Source: an uncultured Lachnospiraceae bacterium (GTDB lineage Bacteria > Bacillota > Clostridia > Lachnospirales > Lachnospiraceae). Taken from it: a stretch of 64,000 nucleotides of DNA. Shown here piece by piece: positions 58,995 to 64,000 of the stretch (the first letter of the stretch is position 1; the number at the start of each line of letters is the position of its first letter). The DNA lies in NCBI GenBank assembly GCA_910588655.1, contig CAJUPJ010000013.1, positions 6,444 through 70,443 on the forward strand, in the 5' to 3' direction. A model generated the notes under the pieces. The model was not told the origin of the DNA. It saw only the letters and a program-made list of their open reading frames with translations, and ran no database searches. The position numbers and the translations under genes are program-made.

Positions 58995-61973
58995 ATGAAG
59001 AAATCCAAACTACGAAAAATTATTCCAGTTATAATGTCAGCTGCACTGGCTTTAAATCCTGTGGGGTCAGGTACTGCTTCTGCTGCAAAAAAACCTGCAC
59101 TTAACAAAAAAAACCTGGAAATTACAGTTGGACAAAAAACTACTTTGAAAGTAAAAAACAAAATAAAAGGAGCATCTTATAAATGGACGTCTTCAAAAAG
59201 CAAAGTAGCAAAAGTTTCAAAAAAGGGGGTTGTGCAAGGGTTAAAAAGCGGCAAAGCCACGATAACCTGCAAAGTAAAAGCAAAAAAATCCCAGGCAACA
59301 AAAGCCAGGACATACAATTTAAAGTGTAAAGTAACAGTTACAAAGAAATCCGTTACAAAACCAACAACACAGCCTGTTGTTGAACCAACAACGCAGCCAT
59401 CATTTGAAACTGATGCTACCCCGGCAGCATCACCAGTTACAAAACCAGAAGCTACTCCGGCAGAATCATCAGAACCAAGTATAAGCCCTTCTGAAATAAC
59501 TGTTGCAACACAAAAAGATTTAGAAACCGCACTAAAAACAACAGGAATACATTCTTTAATATTAAAAACAGATGCAGCAGAAACATTTATTATTCCTAAA
59601 GGCAATTATGCAGATACTGAATTAACCGTAGATGCTCCAAATGCAGATATTGATAATAGCGGGATTTTTAAGTTTATTACAATTAACGCAATTAAAAGTG
59701 ATACATTTTACGAAAAAGCAAATGACAATTCTTATAATATTAATTCTCCCAAAGCACGTATTGTTGTGAATAAAAATGTATCAATAAGAAAAATAAAGAT
59801 AACGAAAATTAATACAAAAACAAAGATAGACCTGGAACAAGGTAGTTCTATTGATAACATTAAAGTATTTACCAAAGCTGATGTTTCAATATCAGGGAAC
59901 TCTGATTTACCTAAACCTGTTAATATAGAAATTTCACCTAGTGCTGCTAATTCCATACTGAATACATCTGTTAAACTTAACATTACTATAATGGCTGATG
60001 TAAAACTGATTCTTGAAAAGGGAGCAGAAAACAGTACTATTAATACTCCTGGTGACTCTTCTGTTAACGCCGATATACAAAACAATACTGGCAGTACAAT
60101 AAATATAACAAATACAAACGGAGAAACAGAAACAATTGGCGGAGAAACAGGAAATACTATATCACCTAGCTATTATCCCCCATTTGTTTTACCAAATACC
60201 AAGCCTACATCTTCTCCATCTGCAACATTAATACCAGATAAGCCATCAGAGGACATTAACCTGTCTCTTGAAACTGGATGGACTGCAGGCTGGAATTCTG
60301 CTAAAATAGTAAGCGAAACTGCTTTCAGCCAGTATTCTGCTGATTTTCTGGAAGGGAAAAAAATTAATATTGCCTATACTATTGACGAAGGCGGCTGGAC
60401 TAATTTAGGGGTATTTGCTGGCAATAATGAATATTCTGGTGAAGGTAATTTTATTACAATTAAACCTACTGGAAGTACAGACAGTACAACAGGCTATTCT
60501 TTTGATATTACAGCAGAAATTGCAGAAAAATTAATTAGCGGCGGTTTATATGTTGCTGCTGACCATGCTACTATTAATTCTGTTAAAATCATTGTAAAAG
60601 ATAGTGCAACAGAAACAACTAAACCAACAGAAAAGCCAGAGGAAGATATAACTTTACCACTTGAAAACGGATGGAAAGCAGACTGGAATTCTGCTAAAAT
60701 AGTAAGCGAAACTGCTTTCAGCCAGTATTCTGCTGATTTCCTGACAGGAAAGAAAATTAGTATTGCTTACACTGTTGGCGAAGAAGGCTGGACTAATCTA
60801 GGGGTATTTGCCGGAAGTAATGAATATTCTGGTGAAGGTAATTTTATTACAATTAAACCTACTGGGAGTACAGATAGTACAACAGGCTATTCTTTTGATA
60901 TTACAAAAGAAATTGCAGAAAAATTAATTAGTGGCGGTTTATATATTGCTGCTGACAAGGCTGTTATTAATTCTGTTATAATTACTACTAAAGATACATT
61001 ACCTGAACCAGGCAATACACCTGAACCTAGTGCATCGCCTGAACCTAGTGTATCACCTGAACCTAGTGCATCGCCTGAACCTAGTGCATCGCCTGAACCT
61101 AGTGCATCGCCTGAACCTAGTGCATCGCCTGAACCTGGTACGTCACCTGAGCCTGATGCTTCACCTGAACCTGATGCATCACCTGAGCCTGGTACGTCAC
61201 CTGAACCTGGCACACCTAATAATCCATCAGAAGATATAAGTTTAATCATTGAAGACAGCTGGATTAAAAGTTTTAATTCTTATAAAGCAGTAAGTGAAAA
61301 TACTTTCAGTAAATATTCAATTGATTTTTTAACAGGAAAGATTATTACTATTGCTTATACTATTGGTGAGGCAGGTTATACAAATTTAGGTGTATATGCT
61401 GGAAATAACGAATATTCTGGTGAAGGTAATTTTATTGAAATCAGAAAAAAAGAAGGAACAGGAGGGACAGAATATCCTTTTGAAATAACAGCAGAAATTG
61501 CAGAAAAATTAATTAGTGGTGGATTATATATAGCTTCTGACCAAGCAGATATTAATTCTGTTATAATTAACACTAAAAATACGTCACCTGAACCTGGCAC
61601 ACCTAATAATCCATCAGAAGATATAAGTTTAATCATTGAAGACAGCTGGATTAAAAGTTTTAATTCTTATAAAGCAGTAAGTGAAAATACTTTCAGTAAA
61701 TATTCAATTGATTTTTTAACAGGAAAGATTATTACTATTGCTTATACTATTGGTGAGGCAGGTTATACAAATTTAGGTGTATATGCTGGAAATAACGAAT
61801 ATTCTGGTGAAGGTAATTTTATTGAAATCAGAAAAAAAGAAGGAACAGGAGGGACAGAATATCCTTTTGAAATAACAGCAGAAATTGCAGAAAAATTAAT
61901 TAGTGGTGGATTATATATAGCTTCTGACCAAGCAGATATTAATTCTATTATAATTTCATCATCTGGTAATTAA
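58995..61973 (+). CDS. Secreted multidomain surface protein: Big_2, beta-rich region, four copies of a roughly 115-aa CBM-like domain, Pro/Ser/Glu linker
   Basis: Signal peptide; KWTSSKSKVAKVSKKGVV; four copies of IAYT..TNLGV.AG.NEYSGEGNFI..ITAEIAEKLISGGLY. Confidence 0.8.
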   Translation: MKKSKLRKIIPVIMSAALALNPVGSGTASAAKKPALNKKNLEITVGQKTTLKVKNKIKGASYKWTSSKSKVAKVSKKGVVQGLKSGKATITCKVKAKKSQATKARTYNLKCKVTVTKKSVTKPTTQPVVEPTTQPSFETDATPAASPVTKPEATPAESSEPSISPSEITVATQKDLETALKTTGIHSLILKTDAAETFIIPKGNYADTELTVDAPNADIDNSGIFKFITINAIKSDTFYEKANDNSYNINSPKARIVVNKNVSIRKIKITKINTKTKIDLEQGSSIDNIKVFTKADVSISGNSDLPKPVNIEISPSAANSILNTSVKLNITIMADVKLILEKGAENSTINTPGDSSVNADIQNNTGSTINITNTNGETETIGGETGNTISPSYYPPFVLPNTKPTSSPSATLIPDKPSEDINLSLETGWTAGWNSAKIVSETAFSQYSADFLEGKKINIAYTIDEGGWTNLGVFAGNNEYSGEGNFITIKPTGSTDSTTGYSFDITAEIAEKLISGGLYVAADHATINSVKIIVKDSATETTKPTEKPEEDITLPLENGWKADWNSAKIVSETAFSQYSADFLTGKKISIAYTVGEEGWTNLGVFAGSNEYSGEGNFITIKPTGSTDSTTGYSFDITKEIAEKLISGGLYIAADKAVINSVIITTKDTLPEPGNTPEPSASPEPSVSPEPSASPEPSASPEPSASPEPSASPEPGTSPEPDASPEPDASPEPGTSPEPGTPNNPSEDISLIIEDSWIKSFNSYKAVSENTFSKYSIDFLTGKIITIAYTIGEAGYTNLGVYAGNNEYSGEGNFIEIRKKEGTGGTEYPFEITAEIAEKLISGGLYIASDQADINSVIINTKNTSPEPGTPNNPSEDISLIIEDSWIKSFNSYKAVSENTFSKYSIDFLTGKIITIAYTIGEAGYTNLGVYAGNNEYSGEGNFIEIRKKEGTGGTEYPFEITAEIAEKLISGGLYIASDQADINSIIISSSGN
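61002..61217 (+). repeat. 18-bp coding tandem repeat, 12 units (PEPSAS-type)
   Basis: cctgaacctagtgcatcg and variants. Confidence 0.85.
61193..61946 (+). repeat. Intragenic tandem duplication, 387-bp period
   Basis: 61193-61559 appears identical to 61580-61946. Confidence 0.85.
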
Positions 61974-62134
61974 AATAAAATTATACATACAAATAATAAA
62001 TAATTTTATTGGATAATAAAATTACTATTCATTATCAGCAGAAATATAATACTTTTTATTTATTGCTTTGATAAGCCTAAAAAATTCTTTCTTGCACTGT
62101 TATACCGAATATGTTGTATCTGTTATAACATATC

Positions 62135-62166
62135 ATCTGCCAGTTACTTATAAGTAACTGGCAGAT
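62135..62166. repeat. Perfect 32-bp palindrome
   Basis: atctgccagttactta|taagtaactggcagat. Confidence 0.85.
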
Positions 62167-62421
62167 ATTTTTATATTCCAAAATAATGATATTATAAAAA
62201 AATTGTATTATAACTTTATTGATAAAATTATTTAAATACCCAATAGTAATATTACCTAAGAAAATTGCTATAAAACCAATGCCAAAGAAATAAAAGGCAT
62301 TGGATTGTAATAACCACAATCCTAAGAATAAATCCTTGAGAAAAAAGTACAAAAATATCATATATTATGTTATAATCTATGTGTTGCTCACCAAGACCCA
62401 CAACAGGGAGGAGGTGTTTAC

Positions 62422-62520
62422 ATGGAAGTTGTGATTTCTTTTTTAGTTACTGTTTTGGCTGGTGCAGCCTGCCACTACATCATCAAATGATTAGACAGTG
62501 ACGATAACAGCAACAACTAA
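62422..62520 (+). pseudogene. Fst/Ldr-like type I toxin peptide with a premature TGA
   Basis: GGAGGTG RBS; MEVVISFLVTVLAGAACHYIIK*LDSDDNSNN, with TGA where the family has KWLD; imperfect hairpin at 62555-62603. Confidence 0.7.
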
Positions 62521-62753
62521 CCTAGTGGATGCTTTACCACTATAAAATAAAAGAAGAATTCCCAGACGGTGTTACAGCACAGTTTGGAAATTCGGTTTTT
62601 GTCTACATGGACTTATGATTTCTTTTTGCCTATCGGCATTATGGCATATGCAAATTTTAATTACAAGATACATAAACAAAAGTTTTATCATTATCTGGTA
62701 TTAACCAAAAGAACCAGGGAATGTTGTAAATTTGTTATTGCTTTCTGTACATC

Positions 62754-64000
62754 TTAAGCAAATCTCATCTGCCCAATACCAATCAATGATTTAAAATCAT
62801 CATACATAGATAAAGACACGTAACAGGACAAGTCCAAATCCTGCTCTGTTCTTGCTAATTCATCAAATGTCAAAGAATTAACGATTTTAAAAAAATCAAT
62901 ACGTTCAAGAACTTTCTTTGTATATGGTCTTTTTGCATCCAAAAAGGCTATACTTGTAAGAAACCCTTGGACTTTCTTTGAATTTAATAATAACATAGCA
63001 GTATATTCCATATCATAACTGTCAAAACAAATAAAATAACTTGTGTCGTCTGTCATAACAGGTTTGTTATCATTTGAATACAACACAGAAAACAATGGTT
63101 TCTTATAAAAGCCGCTAACCCCGACTTTATATCTGGAATATGAATAACCACCTACACCAAACATAGAAAATAAAGGTGCACCGCGGTAAATTGAACTTTT
63201 CCGCCTTTCAAACAGTTCTATATTACAGTTCAGATATTCCCATGTTTTTGGCACCTCTTGTTCAAGATGTTTTGTATCTTCGCGGGCTCTTTTTTGTGTT
63301 ACAATAACGAATTTTGAAAAACTATGAATTACAGGTGCTTTGAACATACTGCTTTTAACCAGAGGGAAAACAATATCATCTTCAACTTGCACCTCTTTCT
63401 TCTGCCCATTTTGAAATGTACCATTCTGCAAGGTTAATTCCATTATCTTTGAACAATCATGTTTTACTCCCTGACGCCATTCAAAACAGCACCTGCCGTC
63501 AAAATTTTCTATAATCTGGTGAAAGCGGTTTATCTGAAAGCTTGATAAGTAAAATACAGGCACTTGCATTTATCCCAAATACTTTTGAAGCATCAAATTC
63601 TAAAATATCACACGATTCAAACGTAATATAATTCCTTTTCAGTTCTTTGAAAACATTTCTTGCAACAGACGTTTTGCACAACATGGAAATTATGGTGTTT
63701 GTATTTCTATATTCGTGAACAAGCTGCAGGATAATATATTCACAAATGTCAAAATTGCTTGCCCCTGTTATTGCTTCAATGCCTTTTAGTCCCTTAAAAT
63801 TAGCTTTTATGGGCAGATTACCAGAACCGGAAGCAGACAATGTACTATTAGTTACCCATGGAGGATTACCAATAACAAGAATTTGACGTTTGTCTTTGAT
63901 TAAAGATTTAGACTGGAAAGCAAAGAAATCTGAATTGATTACAGTTACTTTGCTGTCATTTACAAAATTCCTGCACTTTTCACAATATTCTGGATTTATT
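62754..64000 (-). pseudogene. Amino-DNA methyltransferase (NPPW), frameshifted near 63510, N-terminus outside the window
   Basis: Frame open from the window end: INPEYC..NSDFF..LVIGNPPWVTNS..NFDICE, stop at 63499; continues in another frame FDGRCCFEWRQGVKHDCSKIMEL..KRPYTKKVL. Confidence 0.78.

Noticed and set aside
62077..62361. 94-aa hydrophobic ORF on the minus strand
   Set aside because: Very AT-rich, no clear RBS or recognisable family; cannot be supported, though a gene remnant is not excluded.
62488..62490. TGA as selenocysteine or recoded Trp
   Set aside because: Other genes here end at TGA (araC, fruR), no SECIS-like hairpin is evident, and a single-base nonsense change is simpler.

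Overview
Low-GC Firmicute chromosome segment, most consistent with a spore-forming, motile Lachnospiraceae/Clostridia (spoIVA, flagellin, MCP, ffh-rpsP-khpA-rimM-trmD). Main contents, in order: (1) 1-14.6 kb, a xylan-debranching locus (partial GH115, GH3, AraC, three GH43s with one fused to a carboxylesterase, an SGNH esterase and an embedded chemoreceptor). (2) GT2, yqeY, an Ig-like secreted protein, two tRNA-Gln and rpsU. (3) A self-contained fructose PTS operon, a DUF262/DUF1524 (GmrSD-like) gene, a MerR-ABC unit and a heterodimeric ABC exporter. (4) An O-antigen-ligase-like protein, a CgeB-type glycosyltransferase and a short flagellin. (5) An AT-rich islet with HAAS-PadR and a decayed ISAs1 with a 10-bp target duplication. 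(6) The glmS ribozyme and glmS, spoIVA, a two-component system, two large surface proteins and housekeeping genes. (7) A decayed Fst-like toxin and a broken DNA methyltransferase. The most unusual signal is a dispersed family of modular non-coding hairpin elements (3740-4425, 18344-18460, 28519-29417, 37329-37876, 41287-41420, 51587-52052, plus a lone site at 47519). The modules are joined by a 15-bp ATAA-CTGGAAA-TTAT site, show compensatory stem changes and strand-specific GNNA/GNA mini-hairpins, nest inside each other and bracket accessory genes. No cognate mobilising enzyme is visible in the window. All product calls come from motif recognition, not database searches.
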